Positions 37,765-49,744 of a stretch of 64,000 bases of DNA are shown piece by piece. The position numbers and the translations under genes are program-made. Within the stretch, counting starts at the first letter, position 1. Every line of letters begins with the position of its first letter. The stretch comes from Camelus dromedarius (lineage: Eukaryota), in the NCBI RefSeq assembly GCF_036321535.1, contig NC_087437.1:25112001-25176000 (forward strand), written 5' to 3'. The notes beneath the pieces were generated by a model that did not search any database, was not told where the DNA came from, and saw nothing but the letters and a program-made list of their open reading frames with translations.

Positions 37765-38638
37765 TCTTTGGTTTCAATTTCTAATATTTTATTTTGATTC
37801 CTTTTCTGCATTTCCATCTCCCTATTTATATTACCCATGTGTGCTTGCATGTTGTCCGCTTGTTCCATTAGGCCCTTTAACACGGTAAGAACTATTTTAA
37901 ATTCTCTATCTGATAACTCCATATCAGGGATAATCCCATATTCCATGTATTATCATATCTGAGTCTGGTTCTGATGATTGTTTTGTCTCTTCAGACTGCT
38001 TTTTTCTTGCTTCTTGGCATGCTTTGTAAATATTTTTGTTAAAGGCAGGACAAATTGTATTTGGTAATAGAAATTAAGGTAAATAGTCCTTTAGTGTAAG
38101 GAATTGTGTTATTCTGGCTATGAGTTGCTCTTTAATATTTGCAGTAGAAGCTTTAAATTCCTCTAGTGACCTTACTTTTTTTTTTTAAATCTCCTCTTTA
38201 TTTTTGAATTTTCCTAAGTGCTCCCCCTCAGTGAGAGTGTGGGTCTTGGAGACTGTTCAGCTGTAACGTACTGTTTGCACACTGGAGCCCTGTTGATGTG
38301 ATGTTAAAGTGGAAGGGGTGGGTTTTATACTCTTCTGACTCTCAGTTACTTAGCAGGCATGCTAGCTCATACTTAACCTCTAAAAACTTGTAAAAATTAT
38401 ATTAGTACTCCTATCTGTTTGTGTCCTGCAGCTTCTGCTTCCAGGTAAGCAGACTTCAGCTGCGTCTTTCTGGATAAATTTCTCTCCAAAATTTAAAGTG
38501 GCAGTTTGCCCTGAATGCTCAGTTCTCGGGTGGGTCCAAGTTTTTATCAAAAGCCAACTTGTTCAGCCTTTTCTTATTGTAAGGATGTAAGGGAAGACGT
38601 CCAAATGCTTTACATGTTGGAGCTGAAACAAGAAGTTC
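37765..38638 (-). mobile_element. Old L1 (L1MC/L1MD-like) 5' UTR plus ORF1 N-terminal coiled coil
   Basis: The minus ORF 37680-37946 contains MELSDREFKIVLTVLKGLMEQADNMQAHMGNINREMEMQKRNQNKILEI, typical of old L1M ORF1p. The minus strand begins ACTTCTTGTTTCAGCTCCAACATGTAAAGC, like an L1MC/MD 5' start. Confidence 0.8.
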
Positions 38639-38679
38639 TTTACCTGACTTTCTAAATTTTAGCACATTGTTTTGTGATT

Positions 38680-39330
38680 TTAAACAGAGTGGTATGGACT
38701 GTTCCTACCAAGATAGTAATGTTTGAATCCGGATTTAGATATAAAGCAAATGAAAATCAAGTGCAGATCTGAAGATGAATGTCCAGGAAAGGAACAATGG
38801 CATGTGTAAAGACTGTGAGGCAAGGAGGCCAGTGTGGCCAGAGCAGAGCAGAGTGAGGGAGAACGTAACAGAAGATTGACCCCGAGAGGCAATGGGAAAA
38901 ATAGTGTGGGTCCCTTACAAGCAATTGTAAGGATTTGGGTTTATATTCTATGAAAAATGGAGTCTTCAGAATGTTTTTAACAGAGGGATGGCATGGCTCA
39001 TTGGGTTTTAAAAGCATTCTGGTTCCTTACAGATCAGAGCAGAAAAGAACAAGGACAGAAGTGGACAGAACAGTTGGGATATAACTGCCGTATTCCTTGG
39101 GTGGGATTATGACAGTTTTGACCAGTGTGGAAATGGTGGATATGGTAAAAAAAAAAACAAAAAAACAAAAAAACCTGTCCAGTTTCTGGACCAATAAGAT
39201 TTGCTGGACTGGCATTCAACTGTGACAGAAAGCATGGCATTAAGCAGAACTCCATATACATTTTCCCTGAGCAATTGAAAGAATTGACTTGTCCCAGATG
39301 ACAAGATGGTTTTCTGAACTACGTATCTGA
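38680..39330 (-). mobile_element. L2 LINE fragment
   Basis: ggcaaggaggccagtgtggccagagcagag, gtaaggatttgggtttatattct, ataagatttgctggact, ccctgagcaattgaaagaat. Confidence 0.8.
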
Positions 39331-39399
39331 CAAAATCTCGCCTCTGATTAAAGTCATTGAACATATTTTCCAGGGCCCAGGCCAGTATGCTCAGTATGA

Positions 39400-39900
39400 C
39401 ACGCAAGCACTCTCCTGCTCCCCGTGACCTGGCATTTGGCATCTAACTCTCTAGCCCCAGCCCAGTACCTCCTTGAACATTCTGTATCATTCATGCTGAA
39501 ATCATCGAGATTTCTACTGAAATGCCACGGTGTCTCAGGTTTTCGCATATGTATATCATGACTTCTTTTAGTCTTCATTCTCCTCAGATGGCTAACTCCT
39601 GCTGATACTTGAAGATTCAGTTCAGATGTTACCTTCTATAGAACATCTTCTCAAACCATTCTTTTGTGCTCACCTGTCCCAAGTCCGGGGAGGCTGCCTG
39701 TGTCTGAGGCTCCTCTGATCCTGTGCTTCCTGCAGGGTGCTGCTGCAAGTGTCAGGCTAGGGGACAACCTCCATGTGACTGTGGTTCTCTTTTGGGGTTA
39801 AAGTGAACAAAGACCCTGTAATACTCATCCACGTGTGATGACAAAAGCTGACATAGTCTATACACTCGATGTGCATTGATGGGATAAGGACTGATCCTGT
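39400..39900 (+). mobile_element. L2 LINE 3' fragment
   Basis: ctaactcct.ctgatacttgaagattcagttcagatgttaccttct..gactgtggttctct..ggg..acatagt.tacactc.at. Confidence 0.6.
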
Positions 39901-41759
39901 TTATTTTTTTGGTTTTGTTTATTTTATTTTGTTTCAAATTTTGGAGTTTAGAGAACTCACCACGTTTTAGAAAGTACCTGCAAATGTAAAGAAAATTCTC
40001 TTCACTATTCCATGGGCGAAACTAAAGGTAAATAACTAACCAACACTCATTTGGTAACACACATTGTTTAAAAATTATAAAGTCACCTCAGTTTTAGGAG
40101 AGAAAGAACTCATGTGTGTGCAGTTTTTATAGGAACTATAATCTTAGGTATGTCGTTAGTAGATAAAAATAAATAGGCATATTTTCAATTGTTTTTCCCC
40201 TAAATAATGAAGCATTCTATTTTGGAGAATGTAGTTCACTGATACTGCTCTGATGCTCATAATTGATGATAAAGAGTCATGACAAATCTGGGTTTTCCCT
40301 TAGAACACCAAATTTCAATGATTTCTTGAATCTAATAATCCTGTGGAACAGTGGAAAATTATATAGAAAGTCCCATAAATTCTGCTATGTATTCAGTGAA
40401 AAACAGTGTGGAGGCATGGCTTGGAGAAAAAGCTGCTACTGACAGCCTTCTTTGACAAAGTTCACTAATAAGAAAATAAGAAGATAAGATTTTTCTACAG
40501 AGACCACAGTCCAGGACTAGCCCGATGAAATTGTGTTTAATCTTCAAAATAAATGGTCTAAAGATCAGCTGGCTAGGCTAGCAGTAGAGGCCAAGACTCA
40601 GGTGTTGGAAGTTAACTAAAATCCTAAGAAAAATGTACAGATGTCAAAAATAGAGCAATTTTAAAAGAAACTGTAACTTCATGAAAAAAATCTGTATGTG
40701 TTGTGTAATAAATGCTAAGGCCAAATATGCTGCAATAATTCACATCAAGAGCTAGTCTGTTCTTTCATGAACAAGGGATACACACACACACATACGCAGT
40801 TGTTTGGTTTGTTTGTTTGTTTGTTTTAATAGTTATAAGACTGCAAAGAGAGAATCAATATGTTGGAAAGCATTGTACTATGTTCAAAATCAACTTGAAC
40901 TTCAGGGGTTCTGGTTTTGTACTGAAACTGTGTCAGAGCTTGAGTTTCTTTTAAGAGTAGGAAATATATCTTTTTCTTACAAGAAAAATTGAGATATGGG
41001 AGGGGAGTACTCTCTGACATGAACTGTCTTTGAAAGCCTGAACATTTTACTGTTAGACATACAATTCAGGAAATATATTGTTTTATTTTCCAGTATTTCC
41101 CTTTGAGGAAATAAAGAAGAATTTGGAAGATAATCTACAACGATGTGACTAAGCAGTCCATCTTACAAACCTTCCTTCTCCGTTAGTCTCCTGGCACCAG
41201 CAGACCCTCAGGAAACCCTGGAGTTGGGGGAGTGGTTGGGAGACTGGGTGAATTTAAACACACTCATAGGATTTTGTTGGTTCTATATATTCCTTGACTG
41301 TGCCCACTGTGTATACCAAGGCAGACACCTTGTATCCACAGTGTCTCTGGGACAGTAATCTGGATAATTTGGACATACCCAATCTAAAAGATATATCCTT
41401 TCATGCTCCCGATAAATTAATAACAAGCAGCATTTTTTTGGACAAACGAAGAACTTGCACAAAATTAAATATACATTTAATGACTAACAGACAAGTTCAA
41501 TATTTGCATAATTGGGATCTAGTCTAGTCCATTAACTTATGTAGAGGATAATTTATAAAATGCATACATATTTAATTGTACTTATTTAATTTATTTTAAT
41601 TACACAAAGAAAATATGATTATCAATAAAGAGCTCATTTTGATTAACACCCTAAATGCAGCCCCAGAACAGAAATAAGCTTTGTTACCACCTTTTACACA
41701 CAATTCTAAGAATACATTAAAAAAAGGACTTTATCCATTTGGGGGCTGATATCTTTCAT

Positions 41760-42295
41760 TACATATGATTGTTCAAGTTGCTTTTTTTCTCTTTCCACGT
41801 GGTTGAAAAATCTTTCCATGACGGCACATAGATGCAGTTTATGCTTTTTCACTTAACTGCTGGGTAATACTGTCTGCAATGGAATATCTATAGTTCATTT
41901 AAACCATCCCCTTATTGATGGATATTTAGATATTTAGGTAAATTTTTCTCTTCTCTCCTTTCTTCCCTCTCCTCTCTGTCTCTCTTTTTTTTTCTATTAC
42001 CACAATGTCTCTCCATAACAGAGCTGAGAGGAAAAATATCTGGACTGAAGGATATTCACACTTATATTTTCATCGATATCTCTAATCACCCTCCAAAGAC
42101 TTATATGGAGTGACACCTCCATCCGCAACATATAAGAACACTAATTCCTCTCCACCCCTAAAAACACTCAATTTTCTTAATCACCCAGTGGATAAAATAT
42201 GTATCTCATTGTTGTCTACACTTGCCCTGTCCTCATAAATAGTAAAGCTGAGTATCGTTTCGTATGTTTATTGGCCATTTGTACTTCCTTGACAC
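41760..42295 (-). mobile_element. Ancient L1 (L1ME-like) 3' fragment
   Basis: catttaaaccatccccttattgatggatatttag, tatctcattgttgt, gtatgtttattggccatttgtacttc. Confidence 0.7.
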
Positions 42296-43109
42296 TGTAT
42301 AAATATTAAATAAACGAATGATTAAATTACTGAATGAAGCAATACATTTAGAGTGCTAGAGAAATGAAAGTTAATCACTGACACCCAGGAAAGTGAAAAT
42401 GTTTCCCTGGCATGATGATTACAATCTTATTATGCCAAACACAGAAATTAAATAGCACTGCTTTATTTTTATTATGCACAGAGAGGTCATATAGGATTCG
42501 TGGTGAACAACTGTACTACATTTAATATGAGTTTACAAGCCCACTGGATATCAAACTTTTCCCAGTTATTTTTTTCCCTCCTTTGTGTGCGGGGGATTCT
42601 AGATTTAGCACCTGTAATTGAGTGTATACCACTGCTCCTTATTACATGCAGCTGTAAATTAGGTTCGTGGGTAGTCTTGGTGGGGGAGTGTGGGTCTGTT
42701 TGCATGCTCAGTTTATTTTTAATCTTTGGAAGAACTGTGTGAAAGTTCACATTCGGAGTGCTCCTTGACTACCGTCATCTCGCAATTTCCCCATCTCCTT
42801 TTCTGCTCTTGAGCACAATTTGCTCTTTTCCGCCTCTCTTTGCATCACCATAATCTGCTTTCAGAATCTTCATATACCCTAAGGGCTTAAAGTAGTCCCT
42901 TTCCCAACAGCACTTTATTCTAACAGTAATCAAAGTCTTAAGGTAAATGACAGAAATTCCAAGTGACAGAATTGTTGAAATCAGCTCATCAGAGGAGAAA
43001 CTGGTGTACTTCTGATCAGCAGGGACAGTTCTGAAGCTAATATCTAAATCATTACATAGGCTGTTGTCCAGTATTAAAGTAATTGAATTTGGCCATTTAA
43101 TTGTCACAG

Positions 43110-43235
43110 GTATAGCTAACTTACTATGTGTGAGGGATTCCTTAAGTGCAATTTTAAAATTTAATCCTTATAGCATCCTTCTCTTTCTCTTTAAGAAACT
43201 AGGAAACTGAGGTTTAAGCATATAAACATACAGGA
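43110..43235 (-). mobile_element. MIR SINE fragment
   Basis: acttactatgtg..tttaatccttatagcatcct..aggaaactgaggtttaag. Confidence 0.65.
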
Positions 43236-44654
43236 AAATATGTATGAAATACTCATTTTATAACTTACAGAGAACTAATTTTCAGAGCTAATCTTTGTTG
43301 GTGGTTACGTATAATATTAGGACACTGCAGATGGTCATGAGATCCAGCAAACTTTAAAACACTCCCAAATGTTCAAAGTGTCTCAACTTTAAGTCAAATT
43401 ATATAACCAACAGGAATAAAGGCCATTTCCAAATTAGGCAAGCTCTTTCGTTTTTGCACATTGATTGAGTTCCTTTGACATTGCATAAAAAGGGAACAAA
43501 AGCCTAATATAAAAACCAACAACATGCTAAACTGGGAGGATCTTGATCTTGAAGGCTCCAGCAGGGAAAAGGAAAGCACCATAAAGCATGTGGCGTAGCT
43601 GATGTCAAACTTCTTCATACAAGGACATTGCTATAAAATGTAAATATCTTCAAAGGATTAACCCTTCAACATCAGGAAAATATGCACATTTTCAAAGGGG
43701 GTGAAGCATTTTCTAATCTGAACATCTTTAAAAGGGGGAAATCAATAAATGGCATGAAAAACTTCAAAGCAGGACCTCCTGTCAATGACAGAAGTTCCTC
43801 AGCTATGCAGAGGCTTTGAAGGAGGACTCCCAGTGCTGGGAAAGCTTTGAAGTGACTGAAAACAGACATTTATAATTACGGAAAGGTGCAGTGTCCAGCA
43901 GTGATAGTACAAAGACACGTCTGAGGTAGGTACAGACGGGGACTGGGAGGTGGCGGGGACACTGACCTTGCACCTCCCAACCTAAAAGCCTGTCGGGTCA
44001 ACTCAATAATCATATGTAAAACGGCAAGTGTGGAGTGAGAACAGTGGTGAGAGGCGAGAAACCAAATTATTTTAGATCTCACATTTCAAAAAAGAAAAAA
44101 CCCTCGGCACCCCCAAAGCAGATCTTAATACATACCGCCTGTGCTGGGTTCTCCTGTCCCTGCCTGGTCTATTAAGCTGTTATCAACTCTCAGCTTTCTG
44201 CAAACAAGTGTCCATAAGTGTGAAAATGTCTCAGAATCAGCTTCTTTAGGTCCCTTAGTCCCCAGATTGACAATTTTTTTCCATGTAAATATGCCAGACA
44301 ATATTCTAAAAGGTGAAAAATTACTAAGATCTATGCCTTAACCACTGTTTAATTTGAGCCCAAAGTATTCTAAGCCATGATTTGGTATCTATTTCCCAGA
44401 ATTCAACTGATGACCTTTTTGAATGCCACACCAAGTGGGACTAGCACTACACTGGGTGTCAAAGGCAGAAAGGCAGACATCGCAAAATCAGAGGAGGGCA
44501 ATTTTAAAGTTTCATTCCTTAAACCAGATTTCTTTTTCTTTTCTTTTTTTTGGGGGGGGCTTATTTTGCCTGACATCCTTGGGGTACAGTGAGCTAATAA
44601 CATCCTCTTGCTTCTTGGTGGCATTTATTATGGAGTCTGCTTTTCCCAAAGGAT

Positions 44655-45770
44655 TCTTCTATTCATCAAATATTTATTGAGCATAAAACCTTCTAAGCTC
44701 TGTTCTAAGTGCTAGGGGTACAGAGCTGTGCAAAGATACTCCCTTGTCCTCATGAACAATCTACACAGGCACTGCCTAGAACCAAACAGGAACATGTAAA
44801 TTATACTGTGATGGGGCTGTCAAGAAAAGATACGTGAAGGCCGTGGGATGTACTGAAGAATTAGGTCAGTTACTCTAAGGAACTGAGAGTCGGACTGAAA
44901 TCTCCAGGATGAGTGGTCAGTAACCAGGCGAAATCGGGGGTGGATGGGTGCCTCAGGTGCAGCAAGAACAAAAGCCATGTGACAGGAGGACAAGAGGAAT
45001 GACACATCTATGGAGAAGGAGTTGGCAGGGTTGGGAGGAGCCAGATGGAGCATACCTTGTTAAGGACTGTCATCTTCAACCTGAAATCAGTCAGAAACCT
45101 TTGAAGAATTTTAAGCATGTGTTTGATAGAATGAGATTTGCATATTGAACAGATCATTTCTGCTTGAGTGTGAGGAGTAAGTTGAGAGAAGGAAAAGGGT
45201 AAGAGTGTCTGAGAGGAAACTAGTGAGAAGCCAGGAGATGACGGTAGCCTGGACGAGGGTGACAGCCGTGATGGTGATGGAGGCAAGTGGGAAGAGTTGA
45301 GGGATATAAAACTGAGAAGAGTCACTGTTGGAAAGAATAGGTAAGAAAGAGGGAAGAATCAAGAACAAGGCCCATATTTTTGGTGGGGCCATTCACTGAG
45401 GAGGAAGCTCTGGAAAGGGATTAGACTGGGAGCTAGAATAAGCAGTTCAGTTTGGGTTACGTTAAATCTGAGGCACAGCTGCTTCTGAGTAATACCCGGG
45501 GCACGTTAAGTAGCCATTCAAGTCTCTGAATCTGGAGGAGAGATTTTTGGCAATGCTAATGTTTAAAGTCACGAGCCTCACTGATGACATTAATAGAGAA
45601 GCAAAAGGGACTTGGAACAAAGACTTGGGGATTCCGGAGGAGGAACCAAATGTGAGACCACGGAATCAGGAGGCGGGAGGAAACCCTGGAGAACCTGCTA
45701 TATCGGAAGTAGGTTGTTCGGAAAGTCGGTCCTTAAGGAGGGCACAATCAGCGTGCCAGGTGCTTCCTCT
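44655..45770 (-). mobile_element. L2 LINE 3' region (about 1.1 kb)
   Basis: tattcatcaaatatttattgagca..ttctaagtgctagggg, ttgaagaattttaagca..atgagatttgcat, gagggaagaatcaagaa, agttcagtttggg. Confidence 0.85.
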
Positions 45771-45774
45771 GAAA

Positions 45775-46175
45775 CATGCTTACTTGTCTCAACTCAAGTT
45801 CTGCCTCCGATGGACCCCCTCCTCCTTCTTTCCCACACAGCTTTAGGAATTCCTATCATGCTACCTGCTTGGTATGTGCACCTCAGTGGCAGGAGTTTCT
45901 TAGGAGGTAATCAACGGACTACCTGCATTTTCTCTCTTGTCTATCATATCCATCACCATGTTCTGCCAGCTCTACTTCATCTTTTTCCCTTTGAATTCAC
46001 CTGCATTTCTCCATCTCCCTTGCTTCTACCTGAGACCGAACTATTATTGTCTGTGTCCTAGCTTAAAGCAAGAGTCTCTTAACCTCTTCCTCTTCTGGCT
46101 TTTCTAACCCAGACCCTTCCCTCCCCCACACTACATGCTGACTAGTGTTTTCGAGTGTAATTTTCACTATGCTCT
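45775..46175 (+). mobile_element. L2 LINE fragment
   Basis: catatccatcacca.gttctgccagctctactt, agagtctcttaacct.ttc.tct, cccttc..tccccac. Confidence 0.55.
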
Positions 46176-46179
46176 GTGA

Positions 46180-47630
46180 TTTTTTTTTTTGAGAAAACTT
46201 TTGTTTTTGAAGCATAACCAGCAAACAGAAAAAGGTACCAATATTTATACAGCTGATTAAATTTTATAAGATGAACATACTCATATAACCCGTACCCAGA
46301 TCTAAAACAGAACATGAATAAATGTCCCCAGAAGATCTTCTGTGTCTTCTTACTGTCCCACCCACGCCCTGACCAAGTTCTTTTCCCATAGATTTGTTCA
46401 TGGATTCAGGGTTTTTTTTCCTATTTTTGAACTTTTCAGCATGGAATCGCACAGTGAACTTTTTAAATTTGACATTATGTTTGTGAAATTCGTCCACATT
46501 TTGCATGTCATGATAGTGTTGTTTTTCTTTCTTACTGCAGCATGGTATTGCAGTGAATGAATATATCCAAATTTATTTATTCATTATGTTATTGATGGGC
46601 CATTTCTACACTGGTGATAATATTACAAATACTGCTGCTATGAAAATTTTGAAATCCATCTGGTAGTCAAGTGTTTGCATTTCTTTTGGATAAATATCTA
46701 GGAGTAGAACTGATACTATTTTAAGAAAGTTCTAGTTGTTCCACATCCTCAACCAAGACTTGGTATTTTCTGTATTTCGTATTTTGACTGTGTTCTAGTG
46801 GGTGCATAGCAGTGTCACATTATAGTTTTATTTGCATTTCACTGATATCTAAGAAAGCTGAGGTACCTTTTCTTTTATATATTTACTTTACAATTGGACA
46901 TGATCTTTCATAACTGCCTGTAAAAGTCTCCTTCCCACTTACAATATGCAAAAAGTAGACAAAAAGAGTTGTCTACTTTTTGCATATATATTTCCTAGAT
47001 ACATGTCTTTTGTCAGCTCTAAGTATGGTAAATCTCTTCTACCACCATCTAACTTGCCTTCTATTCTTTTAGTAAAGTTTTGATAAAAGAAGTTCTTTAT
47101 TTTAATGTAGTCAACTTTTCTCTCATACGCAGAATTCTTTGGGTTTTTTTTTTTTTAATCTTAGAGATCTTTGCCTAAATGAAATTTATGAAACTATTTT
47201 CAAGTTTCCATCTCCAAGCTTACTGTTTTGTCTTTTATGTTTATAATCCATCTGAAATTGGGCTTTGTGCCTGGAATGAGTTAAGAGTAAAGATTCATTT
47301 TTTTCCCACATGAACATCCAACTAACTCAACACGATTTACTGAAAAGGACATACTTTTGCTGCTGTATTTACGTCAACTTTACCATAAAGTAGATAACCA
47401 CAGAGTATGAATCCATTTCTGGGATCTCTCTTCTGCCCTATTTTTCTATCCTTTTCTCTCTACCACAATGGCTAAATTATCATAGTTTTACCTAGTCTTC
47501 ATTTTTTGTAGTGTAAGCTTTGTTTTTTTGCCATGGCTGTTACTGATCCTCTCAATTGCCACATAAATGTTAGAATCAATTGATCCACTTACAAAGAAAA
47601 TTCTGTTGGGATCTTGTTTGGGATTACATT
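46180..47630 (-). mobile_element. Old L1 (L1ME/L1MC-like) 3' region
   Basis: T-tail at 46180; ttatgtttgtgaaattcgtccacatt, tttatttattcatt..ttgatgggc, agttgttccacatcctc, tttgcatttcactgat, ttttaatgtagtcaa, tgttgggatcttgtttgggattacatt. Confidence 0.85.
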
Positions 47631-47631
47631 G

Positions 47632-47886
47632 CCCTGAGCATCTTAAACAAACTCTTCAGATGATTTTGATGAATACCAAAATTGGAGGACAGCTGAGCCA
47701 TGATTCTCAAACTTCAGTACACCTCAGAATCACATAAACAACTTGTTAAATCATACAGACACAGATTGCTGGACCCCACATGCAGTATTTCTAGTTCAGT
47801 GAGTCTCAGGAGAGCTCCAGAAACTTGCATTTCTGACAAGAGCCCAGGTGATACTCCTACTGCTGGCACACTTTAAGAAACAGCGC
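47632..47886. mobile_element. MER5A hAT-Charlie element (47697-47886) with an adjacent MER5-type terminal fragment
   Basis: gattctcaaacttcagt.cac.tcagaatcac..cttgttaaa..acagattgctgg.cccca..tttct..ttcagt..gtct..ttgcatttctgacaag..cccaggtgat..cacacttt.agaa. Confidence 0.85.
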
Positions 47887-48894
47887 CCTAAGCTGCAGGT
47901 CATGGACTATGTTGTAACAATCTCTTGCATTCCTTACTATTTATCAGATCAAGCCATGGTTAGCTAATATTCCCAAAGGCCAATGAGTTATCATGAAAGA
48001 ATATACTGCAATATTTGTAAACAGGTTTGTACGATCTAAAGAGCACATAAGCCATAATCATGCTGTGACTAATTAGTACAGCACAAAGGCCTGGCTTTGA
48101 TTTGATTTACTACGAGGGAAAATCAAATTGTGGGTGAGGAATGTGCTTCTTCGACTGCAAAACAGAAAACACTGTTGATTCAAAGAGCATTGTTTACTGG
48201 TCTTCCCTTGACTTGACTCAGCCTTTCTATGAGCATTTATTATTTTAAAAAGTTTATGATGTTTATCTCAGTTCTGATTGTATTTCTCTTCATTAACACC
48301 ATTTCAACGTAGCCCACACAGCACACGTATCACCTACTCTTGTAGAATTTTCTTTAGATTTGTGCTTTTTCCTTCATGAAAAATTACAGTGGCATCTTTG
48401 TAGCCCTCACTATTTGCTCGTTTATTTATATATTTATATTGATAGTTTTGACAGCAAAAAGAAAAATGGCAAAGTGAGTACAACTTAACCCTTCCCCTCT
48501 TTCAGAGTTTGTGCTAAACACTCAGGGCTTTCTGACAAGGTAGTGTTTTGTAATACACCTTTCCTAATATATTTATACTATTAATAATAAATTCTGCATG
48601 CAGGAGAAAGCTGCCCTGAATGACTTGCTGCAGCAAATAAAAACTTGGTGCTTATTCCTAAAATGAGCATCGTGGGTGCACAGCTGATGACACCGTAAAG
48701 AAGTCTAGATCAGAGTGGCTGCACAGTCATATCTCACATGTCAGCTGAGCTGGCACTGGTAGCTCTTTCTCATCAGGATGAGCGCAGAGATAATTCTCAC
48801 TCTACTTGAGAAAAATCAAAGTACCCTCTCTGCCATATGTTTCTAAAAATTTCCTCTTAACTCTAAATTTACTCAAGTCTGTAACTCAGAACAA

Positions 48895-49040
48895 TCATAG
48901 GAAAGTTTTAGTGTACCCCACTCATTTAACAAACTTAGACACCGAATGACAGGGGGTTTAAGTGACCCGCGTCAAGTCAAGCAGCTGCGTGGCCACAGAC
49001 CCAGGCGGGGGACCCCTTCCGGGCTCCCAGTGAGTTGCTC
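48895..49040 (-). mobile_element. MIR SINE fragment
   Basis: ccactcattt.aca...aagtgacc...caagtca.gcagct..gtggc. Confidence 0.5.
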
Positions 49041-49451
49041 TCAGCCTCACTTCTCCTCCATGCTGACCCCCTGCTACTATTTCCCCAGCTCTGTCTGCCG
49101 GCAACACTTCACATCTTTCTTGTGGATGCATCACTCCTGGACAGTAAGTACATTTACATTAGAGGCTGTGAGGACAAAATTGGCAAGTTGGAACTCAGAA
49201 ACAGTTTTTTCAGGAATTTTCCTCCTAATTTTCCCTGTCTATTCCAGCTTTCGCTGGGTCATACTTTTCTTTCTGTAATTCCCCTGTTCAGTTATTTGAA
49301 TGAGGTCATGTTAGCAAACTTCCTATTCCCTTCTACCAGCTTAACTGTTGTTAGTCAACACAGGCCCACAAGTATGTCCATTAGAAACGTCTTCCCAAAA
49401 GCACAGTGGCTAATTCCATGTGATTCCCCTCGACATTCCTGCAACATCTTT

Positions 49452-49744
49452 TTTTTTAAATTGAGGTATAGTTGATTTGCAATGTTGTGTTAGTTTCTGG
49501 AGTACAGCCTAGTGATTCAATTATATATATATATATACTCTCTTTCATATTCTTTTTAATTATAGGTTGCTACAGTATATTGAATATAGTCCTGTGTGCT
49601 ATACAGTAGGACCTTGTTGTTTATCTGTTTTATATATAGTGGTATGTATCTGCTAATCCCAAACTCCCTAATTTATCCCTCTATGCAACCTTTACGAAAC
49701 GAAAACAGACGCACAGATATAGAAAACCAACTTACGTTACCAAA
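49452..49744 (-). mobile_element. Short cetartiodactyl-type L1 3' end with inverted 5' segment
   Basis: Antisense L1 3' UTR from 49452 to about 49681, then a sense fragment tttacgaaacgaaaacagacgcacagatatagaaaaccaacttacgttaccaa. TSD ctgcaacatcttt / ctgcaaagtcttt. Confidence 0.85.

Noticed and set aside
45547..46061. ORFs of 99 and 149 aa
   Set aside because: They span the junction of two L2 relics; no protein similarity recognised.
48946..49475. ORFs of 110 and 146 aa
   Set aside because: They begin in a MIR and, for the longer one, end in an L1 tail; no recognisable protein.
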